From Planctomycetota bacterium (GTDB taxonomy: Bacteria > Planctomycetota > SZUA-567 > H5-PLA8), in assembly GCA_023150555.1 (NCBI GenBank), contig JAKLKQ010000007.1, forward strand, positions 65,253 through 129,252: DNA of 64,000 nt, written 5' to 3'. The notes beneath the pieces were generated by a model. The model was given only the letters and a program-made list of their open reading frames with translations. It made no database searches and was not told the DNA's origin. How positions within the stretch are numbered: position 1 is the first letter of the stretch; every line of letters begins with the position of its first letter. The position numbers and the translations under genes are program-made. Positions 18,440 to 27,921 of the stretch are shown here, in pieces.

Positions 18440-18551
18440 TTCAGGATTCCGGGATCAGGATTCAGGTGCGGACCGGCTTCGCCGCCCTCCTTGAAAGGGC
18501 TCCGCCGCAGGCGCTCCATCCCTGCCTCCTGAATCCCGATTCCTGTTTCCT
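18440..18551. repeat. Heptamer-bracketed REP-like element, related to 17447-17541
   Basis: (CAGGATT)n left arm and (AATCCTG)n-like right arm enclosing ggcttcgcc and gccgcaggc mini-hairpins. The copy at 17447-17541 contains ggctacgccgccc. Confidence 0.65.
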
Positions 18552-18556
18552 CACTT

Positions 18557-19456
18557 TCACCGCGCCGCGTTCTCCTGCTGTTCGCGGAAGAGCGTCGGCG
18601 AGGCGCCCTCGCGCTGCCGGAAGATCCGCGAGAAGTAATACGGGTCCTCGAAGCCCACCTCCCGCGCGATCGCCTCCACGGGCTGTTCCGTGAACGCGAG
18701 CAGTTCCTTCGCGCGCCGCAGCTGCACGCGCAGGATGTACTCCTTCACGCTGTACCCCGTCACCTGCTTGAAGCGGCGGCGCAAGGTCGAATACCCCACG
18801 TGCACGCGCGCCGCCAGGTCTTCGGGCCGCAGGCCCAGCATCGCTTCCTGTTCGACGATGCGCACGCATTGCGCGACTTCCGCGTCGGCCGGTGCGGCAT
18901 CGGCGCGCGTCTGCCCGGAGGCGATGCCGTACACCGCGACGATCAGCTGGTGCACGATCGCCGCCGCCATGGGCACGGACAGCGGCCCGCCGCCGATGAA
19001 GGCGTCCTGGATGCGCGTGAAGCAGTCGGCGATCTCCGCGTCCTCGCCGACGTGGATCACCGGCTTCGACGGCGCCAGAAAACCCTGGCGCTCGAAGGTC
19101 TCCGCCACGCGCCCGCCGAAAACGACCCACTGTTCGGCCCAGGTGCCGTCTTCCGGCGAGTAGCTGTGCGGGACGGTGGGGAAGACCCAGATCAGGTCGC
19201 CGGGCTTGATCGTGCGGCGGCCCGTCAGCGCGCATTCGAAGTAGCCGCGTCCCTTCGAGATCAGCACCGCGGCGTACGCGCCCAGCACGCGGTCGCGCAT
19301 CCCGTGCGGCTTCGTCGCGCTGCTGAAGCCCACGCCGCGCACCCACAGGCCCAGGTCCTCGTGCGCCGCGCTGGGGACCTCGTAGCGCGCCTGGCGGACT
19401 TGCAGCGCCGGTTTCTCCTGCGGCTGGGGCTCGGCGGCGGGGGGCTTGCGGGCCAC
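18557..19456 (-). CDS. AraC family transcriptional regulator
   Basis: Cupin-like sensor (PGDLIWVFPTVPHSY) and HTH motifs LRRRFKQVTG and IAREVGFEDPYYFSRIFRQREGASP. Confidence 0.96.
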   Translation of the reverse strand: MARKPPAAEPQPQEKPALQVRQARYEVPSAAHEDLGLWVRGVGFSSATKPHGMRDRVLGAYAAVLISKGRGYFECALTGRRTIKPGDLIWVFPTVPHSYSPEDGTWAEQWVVFGGRVAETFERQGFLAPSKPVIHVGEDAEIADCFTRIQDAFIGGGPLSVPMAAAIVHQLIVAVYGIASGQTRADAAPADAEVAQCVRIVEQEAMLGLRPEDLAARVHVGYSTLRRRFKQVTGYSVKEYILRVQLRRAKELLAFTEQPVEAIAREVGFEDPYYFSRIFRQREGASPTLFREQQENAAR

Positions 19457-19482
19457 GGCGGGGTCCTCCCAGGGGGCTATTC

Positions 19483-19519
19483 GAGCAAAAAGTCCTGTTT
19501 CTTAGAGCACCCGGTCCAT
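19483..19519 (+). promoter_or_regulatory. Putative AraC-family operator upstream of the PhyH gene
   Basis: GAGCAAAAAGTCC-N9-GAGCACCCGGTCCAT in the divergent araC/phyH spacer. Confidence 0.7.
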
Positions 19520-19647
19520 TTGCCCCAGGCTTTATTGGGGTATTTATCCTATCCAACGAGGGCGGAAAGCAAGAGGGAAGGTCATTTCCTCCAGGCCGCC
19601 CCAGGAACGGACCCCAAAGCCGCCGAACGCATAAAAGGAGCAAGCCC

Positions 19648-20565
19648 ATGCCCGCCGCCGCCCAGTCCCAGACCTTCGCGATGGACCAGTACGAGATGGC
19701 CATGGACAGCAAGTACCTGGGCCGCCTGCGCGACTGCAACGCGCTGCTGAACGACGTCGAAGCCCTGCGCGCGCGCATGGCCGAGGACGGCTACCTGCTG
19801 ATCCGCGGGCTGCACGCGCGCGAGAAGGTCGCCGCCGCGCGCGCCGCGATCATCGAGAACCTCCGCGCCAACAACCAGATCGACGAGAACTTCCCGCTGC
19901 AGGACGCGGTGGTGAAGGAAGGCGCCAATGGCGGCTTCCTGGGCGGGCGCGAGGAGATCGCCGGCAACCGCGCGTTCCTGGACGTGGTGGAATCGCCCGC
20001 GATCATGGGCTTCTTCGACCGCTTCCTCGGCAAGCCGTCGTTGACCTACGACTACAAGTGGGTCCGCGCGGTCAAGCCCGGCGGCAACACCGGCGCGCAC
20101 TACGACGTCGTGTACATGGGCCGCGGCACCAAGAACCTCTACACCTGCTGGACGCCGCTGGGCGACATCCCGATGACCCACGGCACGCTGGCCGTGCTGG
20201 TGGGCAGCCACAACCTGCCGGCGTACAAGAAGATTCAGGAGACGTACGGGCAGAGCGACGTCGACCGCGACCACACGCAGGGCTGGCTGACGCGCAACCC
20301 CATCGAGATGGTCGACGCCTACGGCGGGCAGTGGCAGACCACCGACTTCGCCATGGGCGACGTGATCGTCTTCGGAATGTTCACGATGCACGGTTCGCTG
20401 AACAACACCACCAACCGCTACCGCATCAGCTGCGACACGCGCTACCAGCCCGCCGACGAGCCCACCGACGAACGCTGGGTCGGCAAGAAGCCCAAGGCCC
20501 ACTACGCCTGGCACAAGAAAGAGCTGATCCCCGTGGAGGTCAGCCGCAAGGAGTGGGGAATCTGA
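19648..20565 (+). CDS. Phytanoyl-CoA dioxygenase (PhyH) family Fe(II)/2OG oxygenase
   Basis: HxD in AHYDVVYM, CWTPLGD, GDVIVFGMFTMHGS and RISCDTRY. Confidence 0.93.
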   Translation: MPAAAQSQTFAMDQYEMAMDSKYLGRLRDCNALLNDVEALRARMAEDGYLLIRGLHAREKVAAARAAIIENLRANNQIDENFPLQDAVVKEGANGGFLGGREEIAGNRAFLDVVESPAIMGFFDRFLGKPSLTYDYKWVRAVKPGGNTGAHYDVVYMGRGTKNLYTCWTPLGDIPMTHGTLAVLVGSHNLPAYKKIQETYGQSDVDRDHTQGWLTRNPIEMVDAYGGQWQTTDFAMGDVIVFGMFTMHGSLNNTTNRYRISCDTRYQPADEPTDERWVGKKPKAHYAWHKKELIPVEVSRKEWGI

Positions 20566-20567
20566 GC

Positions 20568-20597
20568 GATTGCGGATTGCGGATTGCGGATTGCGGA
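20568..20597. repeat. Heptamer tandem repeat (GATTGCG, 4 copies)
   Basis: Four perfect gattgcg units right after the phyH stop. Confidence 0.9.
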
Positions 20598-20718
20598 GAA
20601 CACGGAGAGCGCAGAGGAAATATATTAGACTCCCTTAGACTTGAGCAAGCCCGATTCAGCAGTTCTCTGCGGCCTCAGCGCTCTCTGCGGTTAACTCCGG
20701 ATATCGGAAAGCGTTGCG

Positions 20719-21672
20719 TCAGTTATTTATCTTACAGGTCTGGCAGGGCTTGAGGTTCTCGAACTGCTTGTTGAGATATTCGCGGCGCAGCTTCGTCGCC
20801 CACGGACCGTTCCAGATCTCGTAGACCGACTGCTCGTGGACGTTGCCGAGTTTCACCTCGCGCATGTAATCCACGCAGCAGATCACCGCCTGCCCTTCCC
20901 ACGTCAGCACCATGGTGTGAAAGGGGCGGCGGCAGGTCACATTAGGCTTCATGTCGCCCTGGTCGGCGGCGAGCGTCGACTCCTTCCCCATGTCCAGCTG
21001 GTCGCCGCGGTTGTCCATGTCCAGCGTCAGGAAGCGGAAGCCTTCGCCCTTCTCCCACTTCTCGCGCATCTGCTGGATCTCCGGCGCAACGCGGCGCGTC
21101 TTGACGACCTTCACCGCCACGTCGAGGTTTTTGCGGATGTCCGGGTGCGCGCGCAGGTAGTCGGTGAAGACCTGCAGGCTCTTCATGCTGCGCTCGAAGG
21201 GCAGCTTCATCAGATCTTCGTAGACTTCCTTCGTGTAGCCGTTGATCGAGAGGAAGACCTCGTTGACCACCCCTGAACCGATCAGTTCCTCGACCTTCTG
21301 CTGCGTGAAGAGCGACCCGTTGGTGGTCAGGTTGCGCTTGGCTTCGGGGCAGTGCTTGCGCAGGGCTTCGAACTTTTCCGTGATCGAGCCGTCCATCAGG
21401 GGCTCGTTGTCGAGCGCCAGGATGAAGCGTTCGACCCCACGGCCCGCGCATTCCTTGGCGATCTTCTCGAACGTCGCCGTGGTCATGCGCCCGCGCGGCA
21501 GGTCGTCCTTCAATTGCGGGTACTGGCAGAAGACGCAGCCGGCATTGCAGCCGAACTGCGTCTCGATCAGAACGGTCTTGGGGAAGTCCGGCACGGGTTT
21601 GCGGAAGATCCGGTTGCGGACCTTCTCCAGCACGTTCGTCTCTTCGCCGGGGTAGTAGTACCAGCGCGCCAA
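20719..21672 (-). CDS. Radical SAM protein with a SPASM/twitch domain
   Basis: CNAGCVFC, NEPL, LTTNG and C-terminal CRRPF..ICC..LGNV..CQTC. Confidence 0.95.
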   Translation of the reverse strand: MARWYYYPGEETNVLEKVRNRIFRKPVPDFPKTVLIETQFGCNAGCVFCQYPQLKDDLPRGRMTTATFEKIAKECAGRGVERFILALDNEPLMDGSITEKFEALRKHCPEAKRNLTTNGSLFTQQKVEELIGSGVVNEVFLSINGYTKEVYEDLMKLPFERSMKSLQVFTDYLRAHPDIRKNLDVAVKVVKTRRVAPEIQQMREKWEKGEGFRFLTLDMDNRGDQLDMGKESTLAADQGDMKPNVTCRRPFHTMVLTWEGQAVICCVDYMREVKLGNVHEQSVYEIWNGPWATKLRREYLNKQFENLKPCQTCKINN

Positions 21673-21827
21673 GGCCGCTCTCCGATTGCGTTTACGAGGC
21701 CATGATTGTTACCGGTCCGTTCCGATTAGACAACCGGAAAGAAAGCCCCTTCACTCCTCTTTCGGCCGGTTTGACCCGCGCCTGTAACCCTTTTACCCAC
21801 TTGAGGTAAAGAAATCGGCGCGCGCCG

Positions 21828-22349
21828 CTATTTCAGGCCCTCGGCGGCCCGCAGGCCCGCTGGCGTAAGTTCGAAGAAGCACTCCATAAGAAGGTGCGGG
21901 GGCGGCGGGTCGTGCGGGTCGCGCCCGTTGCCCAGGGCCTCGACGCGCACCCAGCCCTTGCGCAGCAGAGCGTCGAAGCCGTCGCGCAGCGCCTGCATGT
22001 TGCGCGCGCCTTCGAGCATGGTCAGGTTCGCGAGCGCGAAAGCGTAGCCCACCCGCGCACGCACGCCGATGGTGTGATGCAGAAAACCCGCCGCGCGCAG
22101 CAGGTGCGACGCGCGACGCTCTCCCGTCCACGCGCCGGCCGCGCGGCCGCTCGTGACGACGCCCGCCAGTTGCTTGCGCTGGGCCTCGCTGAGCTTCTGG
22201 CCGTCGAGGAAGCTCAGGCCGCGGATCAGGGTCTCGACGATCTCGCCGGCCGGCTGCGCGCCGGACCATTCGTGAAAGCCCTCTTTCTTGCCCTTCTTTT
22301 TGCCGCCGCCATCCCCTTCCCCGCCGCCCTTCTTCCGAGTCTTCGCCAT
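21828..22349 (-). CDS. Hypothetical protein (basic N-terminus; possible winged-helix C-terminus)
   Basis: ATG at 22349 follows a GGAG RBS. C-terminal LLRKGWV...FELTPAG resembles a wHTH wing. The track ORF is over-extended into copA. Confidence 0.65.
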   Translation of the reverse strand: MAKTRKKGGGEGDGGGKKKGKKEGFHEWSGAQPAGEIVETLIRGLSFLDGQKLSEAQRKQLAGVVTSGRAAGAWTGERRASHLLRAAGFLHHTIGVRARVGYAFALANLTMLEGARNMQALRDGFDALLRKGWVRVEALGNGRDPHDPPPPHLLMECFFELTPAGLRAAEGLK

Positions 22350-22375
22350 GAACGGTTCGATTCTCCATTTCCCGC

Positions 22376-24826
22376 TTACTTGTCCTCGCCCGGCTTGAAG
22401 CCGGCCTGGCGCACGGCCGAGGCCAACGCCGCACGATCCGCCTTCGCCGAGTCGTAGCGCACCGTCGCCTGGCCCGACTTGAGTTGCACCTGCGCCTGCG
22501 CCACGCCCGGCACGTCCTGCAGCGCTTTCGTCACGGTTTTCACGCAATGTTCGCAGTTCATCCCGTCGACCGGGAACGTCACCGACGCGAGTTCGCTCGG
22601 CTCGGCGGGCGTTTGGGTTTCGGCGTGCGTACGCTTGCCGCGCAGCCGCAGCGCGTTGCCGACGACCGAAACGGAACTCAACGACATCGCTCCGGCCGCC
22701 CACATCGGGTTGAGCAGTCCCAGCGCCGCCGGCGGCACGGCGATCAGATTGTACCCGAAGGCCCAGCCGAGGTTCTGCAGGATCACGCGGCGCGCGGCGC
22801 GCGCGATGCGCACGGCCTCCAGCACCTGCGCGATGTCGGGGCGCTTGAGCGTGATGTCCGCGGCCTGCATCGCGATGGCCGTGCCCGAGCCCACCGCGAA
22901 GCCGACGGTTGCCGAGGCCAGCGCCGACGCGTCGTTGATGCCGTCGCCCACGAAGCCCACGCGGCGGCCGTCCTTGAGGAATCGCTCGACTAGGTCGCGC
23001 TTCTGCTCGGGCTGCATCCCGGCGTGCACGCGCTCGGCGGGGATCCCGACGTCCTGTGCGATCTTCTTCGCAGCGCTTTCCCGGTCGCCCGTGACCATGT
23101 GGACCTCGATACTCGAGGCTCCCAGCGCGGCAACAGCTTCCTTCGCGCCGGGACGCAGCGTATCGGCAATGCCCAGCGCCAGCGCGGGCTTCCCGTCGAA
23201 CGCGGCCACAACCACCGAATGCCCGGGCGGAATCTCGAGGTCCTTGGGAAGCCCGTCCCAGCCTTCGGCCACCTCCTTAATAAAGGAGGCGCTGCCGGCG
23301 GCCACGTCCACGCCGCCGGCCTGCGCGCGAATGCCGCGCCCGGCATGGGAGCTGAAGTTCGCCGCCTCGAGTTTCCTCGCGCCGAGCGCCTGCGCTTCGG
23401 CCCAGCGCACGACCGCCTTCGCGACGGGGTGTTCGCTGAGGCGCTCGGCAGCGGCCAGCTGCGCGATGCGTTCGTCCGAAAGCTCCGCGCCGTTCAGCGC
23501 ACGCTGCCACGCGACCGACAGCTTGCCCTCGGTCAGCGTGCCGGTCTTGTCGCACAGCAGCACGTCGATCTGCCCGGCGCGCTCCAGGGCCGCGGCGTTG
23601 CCGACCAGGATACCCTCGCGCGCGGCGCGCCCGCTGACAACCATCACGACGGTCGGCGTCGCCAAGCCAAGCGCACAGGGGCACGCGATCAGCAGCACCG
23701 CCAGCGCCGGGAAAACCGCCTCGCCCAGCGTGTGGCCCGTGGCCAGCCACCCGCCGAAAGTCGCCGCCGCGGCCAGCAGCACGCACGGCACGAATACGGC
23801 GCTGATTTTGTCGGCCAAGCGCTGGGCGTCGGCCTTGGTCCCGATCGCGCGTTCGACGGCGGCGACGGTCTGCGCAAGCGACGATTTGGCGCCGACCCGC
23901 GTGGCGCGGAAGACGAGCGAACCCTCGACCACCGTGGCGCCCGCGGCGATCTCGTCGCCCTTGCTGCGCCGCACGGTCAGGGGCTCGCCGGTGATCACCG
24001 ACTCGTCCAGCGACGCGGACCCTTCGGTCACCCGGCCGTCCACCGGCACGGCGTCGCCGGGCCGCAGCCGGATTTCGTCGCCTTCCTGCAATTCAGCAAC
24101 CGGCACGGAGCGCTCCTCGCCGTTTCGGCGCACGCTGGCGTGCTCGGGCGTGAGTTTCAACAGGCTGCGCACGGCGTCGCCGGCGGCGAAGCGCGCGCGC
24201 TCTTCGAGAAAGCGCCCCATCAACACCAGCGTGGCAATCACCGCGGCGGACTCGAAGTAGACCGGCACGTCCATGTGGTGCGCGGGCGCGGCCATGCCGC
24301 CCGAGAGATACGGCAGGGCCGTTGACATGCTGTAGGCCCAGGCCGCGCCGGCGCCCAGCGCGACGAGCGTGTCCATGTTGGTCTCGAGGCGCAGGGCCAG
24401 CCGCACTGCTCGCACAAAGAAACCTCGGCCCGGCCACGCCAACAACACGGTGGTTAAGAGCGCGCTGAAGCCCAGCGCGGTGGCCATGTCCCCGAACGGC
24501 ACGCCGAACATGCCCTGCACGAAGACTGGCACGCCGAGAATCGCGGCGATGACGAAGCGGTTGCGCGCCGCGCGCAGGGCCTCACGCTCGCCGGCTTCGC
24601 GGTCGGCGGCCCGCTCGCCCGGTTCCGCCAGTTCGTAGCCGCTGGCCTTGACCGCCGAGGCTAGGTCTTCGAAGGAAGCGTCGCCCTCGACCGAGGCACT
24701 CTTCGCTGCGAAATTCACCTCGGCTTCGGTGACCCCGGGGACCTTTTGCAGCGCGGCTTCGACCCGCGCCGCGCAACTTGCGCAGGTCATTCCACGAACG
24801 GGGTAGGACTTGGCTTCGGCGGCCAT
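22376..24826 (-). CDS. copA: Cu(I)-type heavy-metal P1B ATPase with N- and C-terminal HMA domains
   Basis: GMTCASC, TGE, CPC, DKTGTLT, SEHP, GDGIND, YN, MSLSS and a C-terminal GMNCEHC. Confidence 0.95.
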   Translation of the reverse strand: MAAEAKSYPVRGMTCASCAARVEAALQKVPGVTEAEVNFAAKSASVEGDASFEDLASAVKASGYELAEPGERAADREAGEREALRAARNRFVIAAILGVPVFVQGMFGVPFGDMATALGFSALLTTVLLAWPGRGFFVRAVRLALRLETNMDTLVALGAGAAWAYSMSTALPYLSGGMAAPAHHMDVPVYFESAAVIATLVLMGRFLEERARFAAGDAVRSLLKLTPEHASVRRNGEERSVPVAELQEGDEIRLRPGDAVPVDGRVTEGSASLDESVITGEPLTVRRSKGDEIAAGATVVEGSLVFRATRVGAKSSLAQTVAAVERAIGTKADAQRLADKISAVFVPCVLLAAAATFGGWLATGHTLGEAVFPALAVLLIACPCALGLATPTVVMVVSGRAAREGILVGNAAALERAGQIDVLLCDKTGTLTEGKLSVAWQRALNGAELSDERIAQLAAAERLSEHPVAKAVVRWAEAQALGARKLEAANFSSHAGRGIRAQAGGVDVAAGSASFIKEVAEGWDGLPKDLEIPPGHSVVVAAFDGKPALALGIADTLRPGAKEAVAALGASSIEVHMVTGDRESAAKKIAQDVGIPAERVHAGMQPEQKRDLVERFLKDGRRVGFVGDGINDASALASATVGFAVGSGTAIAMQAADITLKRPDIAQVLEAVRIARAARRVILQNLGWAFGYNLIAVPPAALGLLNPMWAAGAMSLSSVSVVGNALRLRGKRTHAETQTPAEPSELASVTFPVDGMNCEHCVKTVTKALQDVPGVAQAQVQLKSGQATVRYDSAKADRAALASAVRQAGFKPGEDK

Positions 24827-24972
24827 CGGGGCTCCTCTGATGTACTGCCTCCTTGATTATACCGCTTTGAATCGCCAACGATATGCCGGACGGCCCGATT
24901 GACCGCAGCCGAGAAATCGCGTAAAAACCATGAACCGCGTCTATAGCACAACATGAATAAGGAATCGCTATC

Positions 24973-27921
24973 GTGTCCGTGATCCGAGACGGCATCGGCG
25001 GCGTGCTTCGCTGGATCGTGCGCAAGCTGCTGCGCATCTACTACCCCAAAATCGAGATCACCGACCAGGAGAAGATCCCCCCGGCGGGCCCGGTGCTGCT
25101 GGTCTCGAACCATCCGAACTCGATGCTCGATCCCGTGGTGCTGGGCACCACCGCGCAGCGCCCGGTGCGCTTCATGGCCAAGGCGCCGCTGTTCGATATT
25201 CCCGTCTTCGGCCAGGCGATGTACGCGCTGGGGATGATCCCCGCCTACCGCGGCAGCGACGATCCGACACAGGTGGGCCGCAACGTCGATTCGCTGGTCG
25301 CCTGCGCCGAAGTGCTGGCCGAAGGCGCGGTGATGGGCATCTTCCCCGAAGGCAAGACGCACGACGAGCCGGCGCTGGAGATGGTGCGCAGCGGGCCATC
25401 GCGGATCGCGATGCAGGCGGTCGAACGCGGCGTCGTCGGCGTGAAGATCGTGCCCGTGGGCCTGCACTACGAGGACAAGGAACGCCTGCGCAGCTCGATC
25501 TGGGTGCGCGTGGGCGATCCGATCGACGCCAACGCCTGGTTGCAACAGCACGAAGGCGACGTGCGCAAGGCCACCCGGCTGCTTACGCAGGAGATCGCGC
25601 GCCGCCTGAAGGAACTGGTTCTGCACCTCGACGACCCCAAGCTGGCACCGCTGCTGGACGACCTCGAGACCCTGGTGCCGCCGCCGCCCGAACGCGCCGT
25701 GCTGCCGGCCGCGGCGCTGCGCCAGCGCAAGGCCGTCGCAGATTCGATCAACTACTTCCTCGCCGCGGACCGCCCGCGCGCGGAGGCCATCGCGCGCGCC
25801 ATCGACGAGCACCGCACAAAGATCCACGATGCCGGCCTTACAATGCGCAGCTCCATCCTGCACAAACGCGGCCTGCGGCTGGCCGCACGCCTGGCCTGGC
25901 GCTCGGTATGGCTCGTGCTTCTCAGCATCCCCGCACTCTTCGCGTCCCTCTTTCACCTTCTCCCGTTCGCCCTGACACGCTTCATCACCGAGAAGGTGAA
26001 GACGCCCGGCCGGTCGGCGGTCTCCTTCGGGCGCCTGATGCTGGGCCTGCCGATCTACGGCGCATGGTACGCACTCTTCTACTGGTACCTGAAGGAGCAC
26101 GCCTTCACGACGGTGGCCATCTGCGCGATCCTGATCCTGCTTCCCTTCGCGGGACTGCTGGCGCTCGGCCACGGCCGAAACCTGCGCCGCGCCGGATTCT
26201 CGTGGATGCATCAGATCGCGATGCTCTTCGGCCGCCAGCGCCTCGAAAAGCTGCGCGCCGAACGCGGGGCGCTGCAGGCGCGCCTGAGCGACCTGGCCGC
26301 CGAGTACCGCCGCGCTTTCCCGCTCAAGCAGCCGCCGGTCCAGCCGCCGCGCGTGCGGCTGGGTTTCGCCGGCGTCACGGTCGCGGTTTTGGCGGCGCTG
26401 CTCCTCGGCTGGGCCTACCTCCGCACGCGCGCAGCGACGATCGCCGAGCAACTCGGAGACGGCCCCGACCTGGCGAAGATCGAGGCGCCCGTGCTGGTCG
26501 AGCAACTCGACCGCGACGCGGCGGGCTTGGCCCAGATTGTCGACGGGCTGAAGGATCTTGAGACGAAAGCGCTGCTCTTGCGCAAGTCGTTCGCCGAGGG
26601 CGAACGATCCTACTACAACGTCGCGGACGACAACGCCGTGCGGCAGGCACTGTGGTCCTACCTATCGTACCGCAAGGCGCTGCTGCGACTGGTCTGGTAC
26701 TACCAGAATTTCGCGCAGGCCCGGGACGAAGGCCTGCGCCTGCGCGCGCAGCTGCTGGAGACCGCGGCGGCGGCGGCGCTGTACGAGTATTCGGTGCGTT
26801 TCGTCACCGAATTCGGCCGCAGCGAGGAGACCATAAAGAAGCTCAACGAAGGCGAGCCGCGCTGGGGCATTCCGCCCGACGCGTACGATACGATTCGCAA
26901 GAACCTCGCGCGCGCCCATAACCGCCGCACCATCGAGGCCTTCTTCGAGCAATACCACGAGGCCGCAGGCGACTTCGAACGCCTGGGGCTGAAGGACGAC
27001 GAACCCTACGCAAAGATGCATGCCGCGATCGCCAACGCGCAGGACAGCATCGCCGAACTGGGCCGCAGCGTATGGACCGAAGAACTGGCGCTGACGGCCC
27101 GCGAAACGAAAGCGCTGGGCTACCAGGCCTACTACACCGGGCAGTCCCTAATCGCTACCTGGATCGGCAACACCATGGTGCGCAAGCCGCGCGAGGGCCA
27201 TACGCTGATTGGTGAAGCGCAGCTGGAAGCGCTAAAGAAGAAGCTGCAGCCCGGCGACATCCTGCTCGAACGCCGCAACTGGTTCCTCTCGAACATGTTC
27301 CTGCCCGGCTACTGGCCCCACGCGGCGATGTACGTCGGCACGGCGGAAGACATCGAGCGGCTGGGCCTGAAGGACGACCCCTTCGTGGCAAAGCACTGGG
27401 CCGAGTTCGCCGCGGCCGACGCCGAGGGGCACCACCACGTGATCATCGAGGCCCTGAGCGAAGGCATCGTCTGCGCATCCCTGGAGCACAGCATCGGCGG
27501 CGGCGACAGCACGGCCGTCCTGCGCCCGAAGTTGAGCGAGGAAAAGATCAAGCAGGCCATCGTCCGTGCGTTCAGCCACATGGGCAAACCGTACGACTTC
27601 GAGTTCGATTTCTTCAGCAGCGACAAAATCGTCTGCACGGAACTGGTCTACCGCTGCTACCAGGAGGAGATCGATTTCCCGCTCGTCGACGTGATGGGCC
27701 GCCAGACGCTTCCGGCCATCGAGATCGTGCGCAAGTTTGCCAATGACCGCAAGGCGGGTACGCCGCAGCTGGAACTGATCGCGTTTTTGGACGGAGATGA
27801 GAAGACCGGCGCGTGCCGATTCTTTGGCGACGAGGAATTCGTCCAGACCCTGGAGCGCCCCGCGCTGACTTTCCTGCAATCCTCACAGGAAGGCGGGGAG
27901 GATCCGGGCGAAGGTCAGTAG
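24973..27921 (+). CDS. Fusion of a PlsC-type acyltransferase, TM segments and a permuted NlpC/P60 (YiiX/YebB-like) domain
   Basis: NHPNSMLD (HX4D), FPEG and several TMs, then QPGDILL, GYWPHAAMY and GKPYDFEFDFFSSDKIVCTELV. Confidence 0.9.
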   Translation: MSVIRDGIGGVLRWIVRKLLRIYYPKIEITDQEKIPPAGPVLLVSNHPNSMLDPVVLGTTAQRPVRFMAKAPLFDIPVFGQAMYALGMIPAYRGSDDPTQVGRNVDSLVACAEVLAEGAVMGIFPEGKTHDEPALEMVRSGPSRIAMQAVERGVVGVKIVPVGLHYEDKERLRSSIWVRVGDPIDANAWLQQHEGDVRKATRLLTQEIARRLKELVLHLDDPKLAPLLDDLETLVPPPPERAVLPAAALRQRKAVADSINYFLAADRPRAEAIARAIDEHRTKIHDAGLTMRSSILHKRGLRLAARLAWRSVWLVLLSIPALFASLFHLLPFALTRFITEKVKTPGRSAVSFGRLMLGLPIYGAWYALFYWYLKEHAFTTVAICAILILLPFAGLLALGHGRNLRRAGFSWMHQIAMLFGRQRLEKLRAERGALQARLSDLAAEYRRAFPLKQPPVQPPRVRLGFAGVTVAVLAALLLGWAYLRTRAATIAEQLGDGPDLAKIEAPVLVEQLDRDAAGLAQIVDGLKDLETKALLLRKSFAEGERSYYNVADDNAVRQALWSYLSYRKALLRLVWYYQNFAQARDEGLRLRAQLLETAAAAALYEYSVRFVTEFGRSEETIKKLNEGEPRWGIPPDAYDTIRKNLARAHNRRTIEAFFEQYHEAAGDFERLGLKDDEPYAKMHAAIANAQDSIAELGRSVWTEELALTARETKALGYQAYYTGQSLIATWIGNTMVRKPREGHTLIGEAQLEALKKKLQPGDILLERRNWFLSNMFLPGYWPHAAMYVGTAEDIERLGLKDDPFVAKHWAEFAAADAEGHHHVIIEALSEGIVCASLEHSIGGGDSTAVLRPKLSEEKIKQAIVRAFSHMGKPYDFEFDFFSSDKIVCTELVYRCYQEEIDFPLVDVMGRQTLPAIEIVRKFANDRKAGTPQLELIAFLDGDEKTGACRFFGDEEFVQTLERPALTFLQSSQEGGEDPGEGQ

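Noticed and set aside
20568-20597. Short tandem repeats (also 9491-9600 and 62294-62488) as a CRISPR array
   Set aside because: No unique spacers and no cas genes; two of the three are coding repeats.
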